DNA of 64,000 nucleotides from Deltaproteobacteria bacterium (lineage in GTDB: Bacteria; Myxococcota; XYA12-FULL-58-9): positions 6,797 to 70,796 of the forward strand of contig JACRCV010000006.1 in NCBI GenBank assembly GCA_016218825.1, written 5' to 3'. Below the pieces are notes generated by a model that worked only from the letters and a program-made list of their open reading frames with translations, was not told where the DNA came from and did not search any database. Positions within the stretch are counted from its first letter, which is position 1; each line of letters starts with the position of its first letter. The position numbers and the translations under genes were made by a program. Below are positions 20,601 to 29,269 of the stretch, one piece after another.

Positions 20601-21138
20601 CGGATCGAGTCAGCTCGGCGATGGTGGGACCACGGATCAAGCGGCGCCCGTGCCGATCGGCGGCGCGTTGAAGGGCTGGGTCAAGATCAGCGCCGGCGGG
20701 TTTCACACTTGCGCCATCCGCCGGAACGGCGTCAATCGCGAGCTCTACTGTTGGGGCGATAACGGCGCGGGTCAGCTGGGGCTCGGCGACTTCAGTGGCA
20801 GGAGTCAGCCGACGCGGGTCGACGCGGACAGCGACTGGCTCACGGTGGAGGCGGCGGACTCGACGACCTGCGGCGTGCGCGGTCCGGTAGCCGGCGGCGT
20901 CGGTTCGCTTTGGTGCTGGGGCTACAACTACCACAACATCGTCGCGGCCGGCGCGACCCAGTTGTATCCGCTGCGGCAGCAGCTCGGGACCGACACCGAC
21001 TGGGCGGACGTCCGCGTCGGGTCCGGTCACGTCTGTGGCGTGAAGAGCGACAAGACGGTGCGCTGCTGGGGCGACAACGACCGCGGTGAGCTCGGCGACG
21101 GCGTCGCGTGGGCGACGACGCCGGAGCGATTGCCGTAG
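17692..21138 (+). CDS. Large lipoprotein: Cys-rich knot, 3-4 Ig-like domains, 14 RCC1 repeats
   Basis: Lipobox LVGC; Ig-like repeats (ETILDSTPP, DTIIDTWP, DATVSGP); 14 hand-counted G..HxC...C(W/F)G units. Confidence 0.9.
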   Translation: MWRRCAVLKLAMAFVLVLVGCSVKVPSPDDGAFACNDSSDCASGYYCNDQRCQKNGPCTGASCNQGAALETILDSTPPNPSNSRDASFSFHWAGSGVGAECKLDSESSYTACSAPKQYTGLADGSHHFEVRAKDANGAVDPTPAGYDWTITTAIPDTIIDTWPASPSSPNVSFTFHATPATTTFECRLDGTAWMSCSSPKAYTALGNGGHVFEVRATSAFGADPTPASWSFTVTSVDTTPPDATVSGPAAFVASTTATFYFTCSEAGCTFTCVVDGVGPTPCGATHSVTVGGEGTHTLAVTATDANGNPDPSPANYTWVVDLTPPMVTGIDGLVFGHPTFFPYVLQLDSGSVVVSCSDVNGCTVTCSLDNPTGAGSCGSIQIMSAGDHVVYVTATDAAGNAATELLWVALSPSTWRQVSSGAMHTCAIGSGSGYAGTLWCWGWNTVNQVGSTLASASSVTLPTNVILPHRVDNGSDWQQVSAGGWFTCGLKGAAAPFTLYCWGGNESFQMGNGTTNTATTPVQVGDAGHWSSVSAGRNHVCAIDKFQHLRCWGMIDYSGASVSTYQAPTAIDDTRTFATVSSGDRFACGVDSSANLRCFGAGNLGQLGDGLFTDSSALRLASTTSTFWQAVAAGNAHACAIHQTGDVYCWGANNAGQAGATAAGTPTPLPAGTFRSIAAGAEHTCASDGAGNLKCWGSNSHGQLGLGDTANRNAPTQVATGVSVAPPPQVIGLGQNHSCMVKGDNTLWCWGSRHEGQVGSGTSGVVPVGAAVWDPLSAGNLLANTVALGGTSTCAVDTALNLRCWGDNFYGQLGIGSAEPRQRPALAAGTPGYTALTLGNLHACGIQAGGAYCWGYGNDGELGLGDTQGRNQPTRIGTLSTWTAIAAGLYRTCGIQNEAANVDKLFCWGEDADSRGLLGVGAPGTNRVAPTLVLGGYQDWVAVALGQGHLCGIHKGAAPTDNTLTCWGSNGSSQLGDGGTTDQAAPVPIGGALKGWVKISAGGFHTCAIRRNGVNRELYCWGDNGAGQLGLGDFSGRSQPTRVDADSDWLTVEAADSTTCGVRGPVAGGVGSLWCWGYNYHNIVAAGATQLYPLRQQLGTDTDWADVRVGSGHVCGVKSDKTVRCWGDNDRGELGDGVAWATTPERLP

Positions 21139-21226
21139 GCGCGCGGCATCTGGCCAGGAGCCCCTAGACCCGACCCCGACCCGACGCTAGATTCGCCCCG
21201 CCTCTGACTGTTGCGAGGTGAGAGTA

Positions 21227-21769
21227 ATGCGCGACGCGGTGTTGAAGCTGTGGCCGGAGCTCGACTGGATCGAGAACGCGGCGCTCAAAGAGGCGACGAT
21301 CAGCACCTGGGTGAAGGCCTTCGAGCTCAGCCCGCTTTCGGCCGCGGACCTCGACGAGATCCCGTTCACGCTGCTCGTCCCCAACTGCAAGGCGACCTTC
21401 ATGCAGCACAAGCGCTGCGTGGTGCACCTCGCCAAGCACGCCGCCCAGGACATGCAGCAGCACCTGGGTCACGCGCTGCCGATCGACATGGACACCGTGA
21501 TCGCCGGCGCCATCCTCGCCGACGTCGGCAAGCTCTTGGAGTACGACAAGCAAGGCGGCAAGGCGGTGCAGTCGAAGCGCGGCGAGGCCTTGCGACATCC
21601 GTTCACCGGGGTGGCGTTGGCGATGATGTGCGGCGTGCCGGACGCGGTCTGCCACGTCATCGCGGCGCACGCCGGCGAGGGCGATCTGGTGAAGCGCAGC
21701 ACCGAGGCCCTGATCGTTCACCACGCCGACTTCATGAGCTTCGAGCCCTTCAAGAACCTGAAGAAGTGA
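21227..21769 (+). CDS. HD/HDIG-domain protein with AD in place of HD
   Basis: QHKRCV, GAILADVGKLLE, RHPFTG, IAAHAGEG, VHHAD. Confidence 0.85.
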   Translation: MRDAVLKLWPELDWIENAALKEATISTWVKAFELSPLSAADLDEIPFTLLVPNCKATFMQHKRCVVHLAKHAAQDMQQHLGHALPIDMDTVIAGAILADVGKLLEYDKQGGKAVQSKRGEALRHPFTGVALAMMCGVPDAVCHVIAAHAGEGDLVKRSTEALIVHHADFMSFEPFKNLKK

Positions 21770-21776
21770 GACGACC

Positions 21777-23159
21777 ATGCCGGGCGACACCATCACCAAG
21801 ACGATGAGCACCTGGGCCGCGGGCCTGAGCTTCAAGCACCTCACCCCCGAGGCGGTGCACGAGGCCAAGCGCTACCTGCTCGACTCGATCGGCTGTGCGC
21901 TCGGCGGTTTCATGCAGCACGACGTCAAGATCGCGCTGAAAGTGCTCGGGCCGATGGCGGGCAAGGGCAAGGCCACGGTGATCGGCACCGGCAAGAAGAT
22001 CGATCCGGTCTCGGCGTCGCTGTTGAACGCGTTGATGGTCCGGGTGATGGACTACAACGACATCTACTGGCGCCAAGACCCGTCGCACCCGTCCGACATC
22101 ATCCCCGCGGCCCTCGCCACCGGCGAGCTCGGCGGCAAGAACGGCAAAGACCTGGTGGTCGGCGTCGTCCTGGGGCACGAGCTCGAGATGCGGCTGTGCG
22201 AGTGCGCCTTCCCCGGGGTGCGAGAGCGCGGCTGGCACCACGCGACCTTGACCGCCTTCGCCTCGCCGATCGTCGCCGGGCGGATGCTGGCCTTGAGCGC
22301 CGAGAAGATCCAACACGCGATCGGCATCTCCGGCTCGCGGCACGCCACCCTCGGCGCGGTCACCGCCGGCAAGCTGACGATGATGAAGAACACCGTCGAC
22401 CCGATGGCGACCCAGTCGGGCGTGTTGGCGGCGCTCTTGGCGAAGGAGGGCTACACCGGCCCCGAGCACGTCATCGACGGCAAGGAGGGCCTGGCCCACT
22501 GCCTGAAGCCGGAGTGGAAGCTGAACATCCTCACCGACGGCTTGGGCCAGAGTTTCCGCATCACCCAGTGCGGCATGAAGGCGTTTCCGACCGAGGCGCT
22601 GACGCACGCGCCGATCAGCTGCACCCTCGACATCATCAAGGGGCACGACCTGGCGCCGGACGAGGTGGCGAAGGTCAAGATCCGCTCGCTGGCGCGCGCC
22701 GCCGACATCCTCGCCGATCCGTCGAAGTACGACCCGCGCTCCAAGGAGACCGCGGACCATTCGCTGCCGTACGTGATCGCCGCGGCGATCGCCGACCGCC
22801 AGGTGACGCCACTGCAGTTCACCCAGAAGAAGATCATGAGCCAGGCGATCCGCTCGCAGCTCGACAAGGTCGAGGTCAAGGCCGATCCCGAGATCGAGGC
22901 GCTGTTCCCGAAGCTGCAGCGGGTCCACGTCACCGTGGTCACCACCGACGGTCGCGAGCTCGTCAAGCAGATCGACTTTCCGAAGGGTGACCCCAGAAAC
23001 CCGCTCACCGACGCCGAGGTCGAGGAGAAGCTCGAGGCGCTCGCGGCGCCGGTCGTCGGCAAGCCCGCCCTGGCGAAGATCAAGGACGCGGTGTGGGGCC
23101 TCGAGCGTCTGAAGTCGATCTCGGACTTGATGCAGCTCTTGCGCGCCCGGGCACGGTGA
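21777..23159 (+). CDS. prpD: MmgE/PrpD-family dehydratase (2-methylcitrate dehydratase-like)
   Basis: LLDSIGCALGG, DYNDIY..SHPSD, KAFPTEALTH, ETADHSLPY, FPKGDPRNPL. Confidence 0.9.
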   Translation: MPGDTITKTMSTWAAGLSFKHLTPEAVHEAKRYLLDSIGCALGGFMQHDVKIALKVLGPMAGKGKATVIGTGKKIDPVSASLLNALMVRVMDYNDIYWRQDPSHPSDIIPAALATGELGGKNGKDLVVGVVLGHELEMRLCECAFPGVRERGWHHATLTAFASPIVAGRMLALSAEKIQHAIGISGSRHATLGAVTAGKLTMMKNTVDPMATQSGVLAALLAKEGYTGPEHVIDGKEGLAHCLKPEWKLNILTDGLGQSFRITQCGMKAFPTEALTHAPISCTLDIIKGHDLAPDEVAKVKIRSLARAADILADPSKYDPRSKETADHSLPYVIAAAIADRQVTPLQFTQKKIMSQAIRSQLDKVEVKADPEIEALFPKLQRVHVTVVTTDGRELVKQIDFPKGDPRNPLTDAEVEEKLEALAAPVVGKPALAKIKDAVWGLERLKSISDLMQLLRARAR

Positions 23160-23167
23160 GGTCAAAG

Positions 23168-25123
23168 ATGGGACAGACCGTCGTCGAGAAGATCGCGCAG
23201 GCGCACATGAGCTCCGGGCCGCGCGGCCGGCCTCTCAGGGCCGGCGACTTCCTCACCGTCAAGCCGCGCCACCTGCTCACCCACGACAACACCTCGCCGG
23301 TGATCAAGAAGTTCAAGGGCATCATCAAGGGCATCAAGGCGGTCAAGGTGTTCGACCCCAGGCAGCCGGTGTTTGCGCTCGACCACGACATTCAGAATCG
23401 CACCGAGGAGAACCTGAAGAAGTACCGTGCCATCGAGGCGTTTGCCGCCGAGCACGGCATCGACTTCTATCCGGCCGGCACCGGCATCGGTCATCAGGTG
23501 ATGTGCGAGAACCTCTACGTGGTGCCCGGGGCGTTCGTGGTCGCCTCCGATTCGCACGCCAACATGTACGGCGCGCTCGGGGCGGTGGGGACGCCGGTGG
23601 TGCGCACCGACGCCGCCGCGATCTGGGCGACCGGCGAGTTCTGGTGGCAGATCCCCGCGACCCTGCAGGTGGTGCTGACCGGCAAGCTCCAAGCAGGCGT
23701 TACCGGCAAGGACCTCATCATCGCGTTGTGCGGCCTGTACGGCGAAGACAAGGTCCTGAACACCGCGGTCGAGTTCGCCGGCCCGGGGGTCGCGAGCCTG
23801 AGCATCGACGCGCGTTTGAGCATCGCCAACATGACGACCGAGTGGGGGGCGCTGGTCGGCTGGTTCCCGGTGGACGACCAGACCCTCGCCTGGGTCGAGA
23901 AGCGTCGCCAGGTGTTGGGGGCCAAGGGCGAGGCCCGCGCCAGCGCCGAGCAGATGCAGGAGTGGCGGCAGGCGCCGCCGCGGCCGGACGCGGACGCGGT
24001 CTACGCCGCGCGCCTCATCCTCGATCTGTCGACCGTGACGCCGGTGGTCTCGGGGCCGGACACGGTCCAGAAGACGTCGAGCTTGGCGGAGCTCGCGGCC
24101 AAGCACATCAAGATCCACAAGGCATATTTGTTGTCGTGCGTGAACTCGCGGCTCGAAGACCTCAAGGCCGCCGCCGCGGTGATTCGCGGCCGGAAGATCG
24201 CGCCCGGCGTGCAGCTCTACCTCGCCGCGGCCTCCAAAGAGGTGCAGAGCGCCGCGGAGCAGGACGGCGCCTGGCAGGCGCTGGTCGACGCCGGGGCGAC
24301 GGTGTTGCCGCCGTCGTGCGGGCCGTGCATCGGGTTGGGGCAGGGGCTGCTCGCCGCGGGGGAGGTGGGGATCTCGGCCACCAACCGCAACTTCAAAGGA
24401 CGGATGGGCTCGAAGGACGCCAAGTGCTACCTCGCGAGCCCCGCGGTGGTCGCGGCCTCGGCGATCGCGGGTGAGATCTGCGGCGCGGGTGCGGCGCCGA
24501 CGACGGCGGTCGAGCACAGCTACGAGGTGTTGAAGCCGCCGCCGCCGCAAAGCGAGCACGTCGAGATCCTCGCCGGCTTCCCGGCGACGCTTTGCGGTCG
24601 CCTGGTGTACTTGCCGGTCGACAACCTCAACACCGACGGCATCTACGGCAAGGACTACACCTACAAAGACGACGTCAGCCCGGAAGAGATGGCGCGGGTG
24701 GTGATGGAGAACTACGATCCGCAGTTCTCGACCCTGGCCCGGGCCGGCGACATCCTGGTCGCGGGCTTCAACTTCGGCACCGGCTCGAGCCGCGAGCAGG
24801 CGGCGACGGCGCTGAAGGCCAAGGGGCTGCAGCTCGTGATCGCCGGCAGCTTCTCGCAGACCTACCAGCGCAACGCCTTCAACAACGGCGTGCCCCTCGT
24901 CGAGTGCCCGCAGCTCTCGCGCCAGCTGTGGGCGGCGCACGCGGCCAAGGGTGACAAGACGGTGATCCCCGGGCCCGAGCTCGAGGTGGACTTCAGGACC
25001 GGCGTGGTGTCGTGGCAGGGGCAGGCCTTCCATTTCGTGCCCCTCGGCAGCGTGCCGCAGGCGCTGGTGGTGGCGGGCGGGGTCGAGAATCAGGTGATGA
25101 AGAAACTCGGGATCCGGGCGTAG
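23168..25123 (+). CDS. Homoaconitase-like aconitase (fused large and small subunits, fungal Lys4/LysF type)
   Basis: DSHANMYG, LLSCVNSR, PSCGPCIG (three cluster Cys), SATNRNFKGRMG, DNLNTDGIY, GFNFGTGSSREQAATAL. Confidence 0.88.
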   Translation: MGQTVVEKIAQAHMSSGPRGRPLRAGDFLTVKPRHLLTHDNTSPVIKKFKGIIKGIKAVKVFDPRQPVFALDHDIQNRTEENLKKYRAIEAFAAEHGIDFYPAGTGIGHQVMCENLYVVPGAFVVASDSHANMYGALGAVGTPVVRTDAAAIWATGEFWWQIPATLQVVLTGKLQAGVTGKDLIIALCGLYGEDKVLNTAVEFAGPGVASLSIDARLSIANMTTEWGALVGWFPVDDQTLAWVEKRRQVLGAKGEARASAEQMQEWRQAPPRPDADAVYAARLILDLSTVTPVVSGPDTVQKTSSLAELAAKHIKIHKAYLLSCVNSRLEDLKAAAAVIRGRKIAPGVQLYLAAASKEVQSAAEQDGAWQALVDAGATVLPPSCGPCIGLGQGLLAAGEVGISATNRNFKGRMGSKDAKCYLASPAVVAASAIAGEICGAGAAPTTAVEHSYEVLKPPPPQSEHVEILAGFPATLCGRLVYLPVDNLNTDGIYGKDYTYKDDVSPEEMARVVMENYDPQFSTLARAGDILVAGFNFGTGSSREQAATALKAKGLQLVIAGSFSQTYQRNAFNNGVPLVECPQLSRQLWAAHAAKGDKTVIPGPELEVDFRTGVVSWQGQAFHFVPLGSVPQALVVAGGVENQVMKKLGIRA

Positions 25124-25158
25124 GGCCTCGACCCACAGCGATTGAGGAGAGTCGGACA

Positions 25159-26346
25159 ATGGCACGTCACACCGTGGTCGCGATGCCGGGCGACGGCATC
25201 GGCAAGGTGGTGTTGCCCGAGGCGATTCGGGTGCTCGAGGCGGTGGGCTTCGACGCCGAGTACGTGCACGGCGACATCGGCTGGGACTTCTGGGTCAGCG
25301 AGGGCAACGCGCTGCCGGAGCGCACCGTGGCGCTCCTCGCCAAGCACAAGCTCGGGCTGTTCGGCGCCATCACCTCCAAGCCCAACAAGGACGCCGAGGC
25401 CGAGCTCAGCCCGGCACTGAAGGGCAAGGGCTTCAAGTACTTCAGCCCGATCGTCGGCATGCGGCAGAAGTTCAACCTCGACATCTGCGTGCGGCCCTGC
25501 AAGTCGTATCCCGGCAACCCGTTGAACTTCGTCCGCAAGCGGCCGGACGGCGCGGTCGAGGAGCCGGCGGTGAACGCGGTGATCTTCCGCCAGAACACCG
25601 AAGGGCTCTACGCCGGCGTCGAGTGGACCAACCCCTCGACCCAGGTGCGTGACGCCATCGCCACCCATCCGAAGTTCAAGGCGTTCGACAAGGTGCCGTC
25701 GGACGAGATGGCGCTGTCGGTGCGCATCATCACCCGCCAGGGTGCGACCCGCATCTGCACCGCGGCCTTCGAGTACGCCAAGCGGCACGGCTTCAAGAAC
25801 GTCACGATCTGCGAGAAGCCGAACGTGCTGCGCGAGACCTCGGGGCTGATGGAGGAGGTGGCGAAGGAGGTCGCGAAGAAGTACCCGGCGGTCGCGTTGT
25901 GGTCGGTCAACATCGACGCCATGACGATGTGGCTCACCAAGAACCCCGAGGAGTACGGCGTCATCGTCGCCTCCAACCTGTTCGGCGACGTGATCTCCGA
26001 CGCGTTCGCGGGGCTGGTCGGCGGGCTCGGGTTCGCCTGCTCCGGCAACATCGGCGACGAGGTCGCGGTGTTCGAGCCGACCCACGGCTCGGCGCCGAAG
26101 TACGCCGAGCTGAAGCCGTCGATCGTCAACCCGATCGCGACCATTCTGTCGGCGGCGATGCTCGCCGAGCACGTCGGTGACGTCGAGCGCGCCAAGAAGA
26201 TCGAGGCCGCGGTCGCCGCGGTGGTGAGAGAGGGCAAGGTGCGCACCTACGACATGGCCCGGCTGCCGGGCGGTCCGGACGCCTTGAAGCGCGGGGCGCA
26301 CAACACTCGAGAGCTCGGCGACGCGATCATCGCCAAGCTCAAGTAG
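25159..26346 (+). CDS. Isocitrate/isopropylmalate dehydrogenase family, homoisocitrate-dehydrogenase-like
   Basis: PGDGIG, YFSPIVGMR, FRQNTEGLY, EKPNV, NLFGDVISD, EPTHGSAP. Confidence 0.9.
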   Translation: MARHTVVAMPGDGIGKVVLPEAIRVLEAVGFDAEYVHGDIGWDFWVSEGNALPERTVALLAKHKLGLFGAITSKPNKDAEAELSPALKGKGFKYFSPIVGMRQKFNLDICVRPCKSYPGNPLNFVRKRPDGAVEEPAVNAVIFRQNTEGLYAGVEWTNPSTQVRDAIATHPKFKAFDKVPSDEMALSVRIITRQGATRICTAAFEYAKRHGFKNVTICEKPNVLRETSGLMEEVAKEVAKKYPAVALWSVNIDAMTMWLTKNPEEYGVIVASNLFGDVISDAFAGLVGGLGFACSGNIGDEVAVFEPTHGSAPKYAELKPSIVNPIATILSAAMLAEHVGDVERAKKIEAAVAAVVREGKVRTYDMARLPGGPDALKRGAHNTRELGDAIIAKLK

Positions 26347-26382
26347 CGTCGCGGCCGCTGGGGCTCGGCGCGGGAGCGTGTC

Positions 26383-27591
26383 ATGGTGCTCGAGAACAGG
26401 ACCGGGGTCGGGAGTGCGGGTCGGAGCGGCCCCGAGGTGCGCTCCGACCTCCGGGTGCAGGTCGCGACCCGGAGCGCCGGCGGGCTCGAGCTCAGCCTCA
26501 AGTCCAAGGTCGAGCCCTACTACGGCGACGCGATCCGCGAGCAGGTGCGATCGCTGTGCAAGGGGCTGGGGCTGCTGCACGCCAAGGTCGAGGTCGACGA
26601 CGCCGGCGCGGTGCCGTTCGTGATCGCGGCGCGCCTCGAGGCGGCGGTGCGGGCGGCCGGGGCGGGCGCTGGCCACGACGTGCGACCGCCGCGCTTGGAT
26701 CCGTTGCCGCCGCCGAGCTCGAAGACCCGGGTGCGCCGTTCGCGCCTCTACTTGCCGGGCAACGAGGCCAAGTTCATGCTGAGCGCCGGGCTGCACGGTC
26801 CGGACGGTGTCATCCTCGATCTCGAAGATTCGGTGCACCCGGCGGCCAAGGACGAAGCACGGCTGGTGGTCCGCAACGCGCTGCGGCAGGTGGACTTCGG
26901 CGCCTGCGAGCGGATGGTGCGCATCAACCAGCTGCCGCTCGGGCTCGAGGATCTGGCGGCGGTGGTGCCCGAGAGCCCGGATCTCATCTTGATCCCCAAG
27001 GTCGAGACCGCGGCGCAGGTCGAGGCGGTCGATCGGGCGGTGGCCGGCCTCTTGGGGAGCGACGCGCGGCCGCTGTGGCTGATGCCGATCATCGAGTCGG
27101 CGCTCGGGGTCGAGAACGCCTTCGCGATCGCCCGGGCGGCGTCGCGGGTCGCGGCCCTGACCATCGGCCTCGAGGACTACACCGCCGACCTGGGCGTGGT
27201 GAAGACCGCGACGGGCGACGAGACGTTGTGGGCGCGTGCCCGGCTGGTGAACGCCGCGCACGCCGCCGGGGTGCAGGCCATCGACTCGGTGTTCGGCGAC
27301 TTCGGCGACGAGGCGGGGTTGCGGGCCTGGGCCCTGAAGTCGCGGGCGATGGGCTTCGAGGGGATGGGCTGCATCCATCCGCGCCAGATCCCGATCATCC
27401 ACGAGTGCTTCGCGCCGTCGGCGGCGGAGATCGAGCGCGCCAAGAAGATCGTCGCCGCCTTCAAGGAGGCCGAGGCCAAGGGCGTCGGGGTCGTGAACCT
27501 CGGCTCGAAGATGATCGATCCGCCGGTGGTCGAGCGCGCCCGCCGCCTGGTCGCGGCGGCCGAGGCGATGGGGCTGTTGGCCAAAGGGTGA
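26383..27591 (+). CDS. citE: Citrate lyase acyl-carrier (CitD-like) fused to beta subunit (CitE)
   Basis: N-terminal ~95 aa CitD-like (SKVEPYYGDAIR..VDDAGAVPFVIAARLEAAV); CitE motifs RRSRLYLPG, LDLEDSV, VRIN, IPKVE, IIES, GLEDY, IHPRQI. Confidence 0.9.
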   Translation: MVLENRTGVGSAGRSGPEVRSDLRVQVATRSAGGLELSLKSKVEPYYGDAIREQVRSLCKGLGLLHAKVEVDDAGAVPFVIAARLEAAVRAAGAGAGHDVRPPRLDPLPPPSSKTRVRRSRLYLPGNEAKFMLSAGLHGPDGVILDLEDSVHPAAKDEARLVVRNALRQVDFGACERMVRINQLPLGLEDLAAVVPESPDLILIPKVETAAQVEAVDRAVAGLLGSDARPLWLMPIIESALGVENAFAIARAASRVAALTIGLEDYTADLGVVKTATGDETLWARARLVNAAHAAGVQAIDSVFGDFGDEAGLRAWALKSRAMGFEGMGCIHPRQIPIIHECFAPSAAEIERAKKIVAAFKEAEAKGVGVVNLGSKMIDPPVVERARRLVAAAEAMGLLAKG

Positions 27592-27604
27592 CGGGAGCTG
27601 GTCG

Positions 27605-29206
27605 ATGAGCGACAAGGTTGAGCTGTCGGAGAACGCGCTCGGGCGCCTGGTGCCGAGCGTGGTGAACGGCCGGCGCGAGGTCGCGTTCCAGGGCGTCAAC
27701 GCCCATCGGCCGCAAGGCAGGAAGCACGCGCCTTCGATTCGCAGCTCCGCCGACTATCCCGCGAACGGCGACAAGCGGGTGGCCGACCTCGAGACCGCGC
27801 TGAAGAAGTGCGGCGTCAAGAGCGGCATGGTGATCTCCAACCACCACCATTTCCGCAATGGCGACATCGTGGCGCTACAGGCGCTGCAGACCGCGGCCCG
27901 GCTCGGCGCCAAGGACCTGGTGTGGTTTCCGAGCGCCTCGTTTCCCTGCCAGGCGGCGGTGATCGAGCTGATGCAGCAGGGGGTCGTGCACCACATCGAG
28001 GGCAGCATGAACGGGCCGCTCGGCGATTACTGCACCGCCGGCAAGATGCGGGGTCTCGGGGTGCTGCGCTCGCACGGCGGTCGGTGGCAGGCGGTGCAGG
28101 ACGGCGAGGTGGAGATCGACATCGCGGTGATCGCGGCGCCCACCGCAGACCCCTTCGGGAACGCCGACGGCAGCCACGGTAGGTCGGCGTGCGGCTCGCT
28201 CGGCTTCGCGCTCGCCGACGCCACCTACGCCGAGCGCGCCATCGTCGTCACCGACAACCTGGTGCCCTTCCCCTGCATCCCCTGGCAGATCCAGGGCAAC
28301 CACATCGATCACGTGGTGGTGACCGACTCGATCGGTGACCCGGCGAAGATCGTCTCCGGCACCACCGAGATCACCAAGAGCCCGGATCGCTTGCGGATCG
28401 CCGAGTACGTGGCGCGCTTCCTCGCCGACGCCGGCATTATGAAGGACGGCTTCTCGTTCCAGGCCGGGGCCGGCGGCATCGCGCTGGCGTTCGTCAGCTA
28501 CCTCAAGGAGCTGATGCGTGGCGCCGGGGTCAAGGCGCGCTTCGTGCGCGGCGGCTCGACGAAGTACCTGGTGGAGCTGTTGAACGAGGGGCTCGTCGAC
28601 TACATCCTCGACGGTCAGACCTTCGATCTGCACGGCGTGGCGAGCATCGCCTCGAACCCGCGGCACGTGGCGACCTCGCCGTTCACCTCCTACAACCACC
28701 AGGGCAAGGGCAACTTCGCCACCTTCGTCGACGCCGCGGTGCTCGGGGCGACCGAGGTGGACGTTCACTTCAACGCCAACGTCGTCACCCACTCCGACGG
28801 CCGTCTGTTGCACGGCATCGGCGGCTGGCAGAACTGTCTGTTCTCCGGCTGTTCGATCTTGGCGGTGCCGTCGGTGCGCGACCGGATCCCGGTGATCGTC
28901 GACCGGGTGACGACGCTGGTCGGCCCCGGCGAGCTCGTCGACGTGGTCGCGACCGAGCGCGGCATCGCCATCAATCCGCGGCGCACCGACCTCTTGCAGG
29001 CGGTCCGCGGCACGTCGCTGCCGATCCGGCCGATCGAGGAGATCAAGGCCGAGGTCGAGAAGATCTGCGGCGGCAAGCCCAAGCCCCCGGCGCTCGGCGA
29101 CACGCCGGTGGCGGTGGTGAAGTGGGTCGACGGTACGATCATCGACACCGTGTGGCAGGTGCTGGGCCCGTTCGCGGCGGCGGGCGGCGGCGGCGGTGGC
29201 GACTAG
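27605..29206 (+). CDS. citF: Citrate lyase alpha subunit / citrate CoA-transferase
   Basis: HHHFRNGD, LRSHGGR, FSFQAGAGG, LGATEVD..FNANV, GIGG, VDVVATERGIAINPRR. Confidence 0.92.
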   Translation: MSDKVELSENALGRLVPSVVNGRREVAFQGVNAHRPQGRKHAPSIRSSADYPANGDKRVADLETALKKCGVKSGMVISNHHHFRNGDIVALQALQTAARLGAKDLVWFPSASFPCQAAVIELMQQGVVHHIEGSMNGPLGDYCTAGKMRGLGVLRSHGGRWQAVQDGEVEIDIAVIAAPTADPFGNADGSHGRSACGSLGFALADATYAERAIVVTDNLVPFPCIPWQIQGNHIDHVVVTDSIGDPAKIVSGTTEITKSPDRLRIAEYVARFLADAGIMKDGFSFQAGAGGIALAFVSYLKELMRGAGVKARFVRGGSTKYLVELLNEGLVDYILDGQTFDLHGVASIASNPRHVATSPFTSYNHQGKGNFATFVDAAVLGATEVDVHFNANVVTHSDGRLLHGIGGWQNCLFSGCSILAVPSVRDRIPVIVDRVTTLVGPGELVDVVATERGIAINPRRTDLLQAVRGTSLPIRPIEEIKAEVEKICGGKPKPPALGDTPVAVVKWVDGTIIDTVWQVLGPFAAAGGGGGGD

Positions 29207-29269
29207 CAGCGTCGCGATCGCGGCGCTCGGCTTGACAGTGTCGCGGCCCCGGCCCCAGAGTGGCGCCGC

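Noticed and set aside
21164-21190. Short CCCGA tandem before the HD gene; 16-bp palindrome at 15134-15149
   Set aside because: Too short to distinguish from chance in GC-rich DNA.
23168-26346. Annotation as leuCD/leuB
   Set aside because: Single fused polypeptide with Lys4-like C-terminal motifs and an SPIV substrate loop; no leuA nearby.
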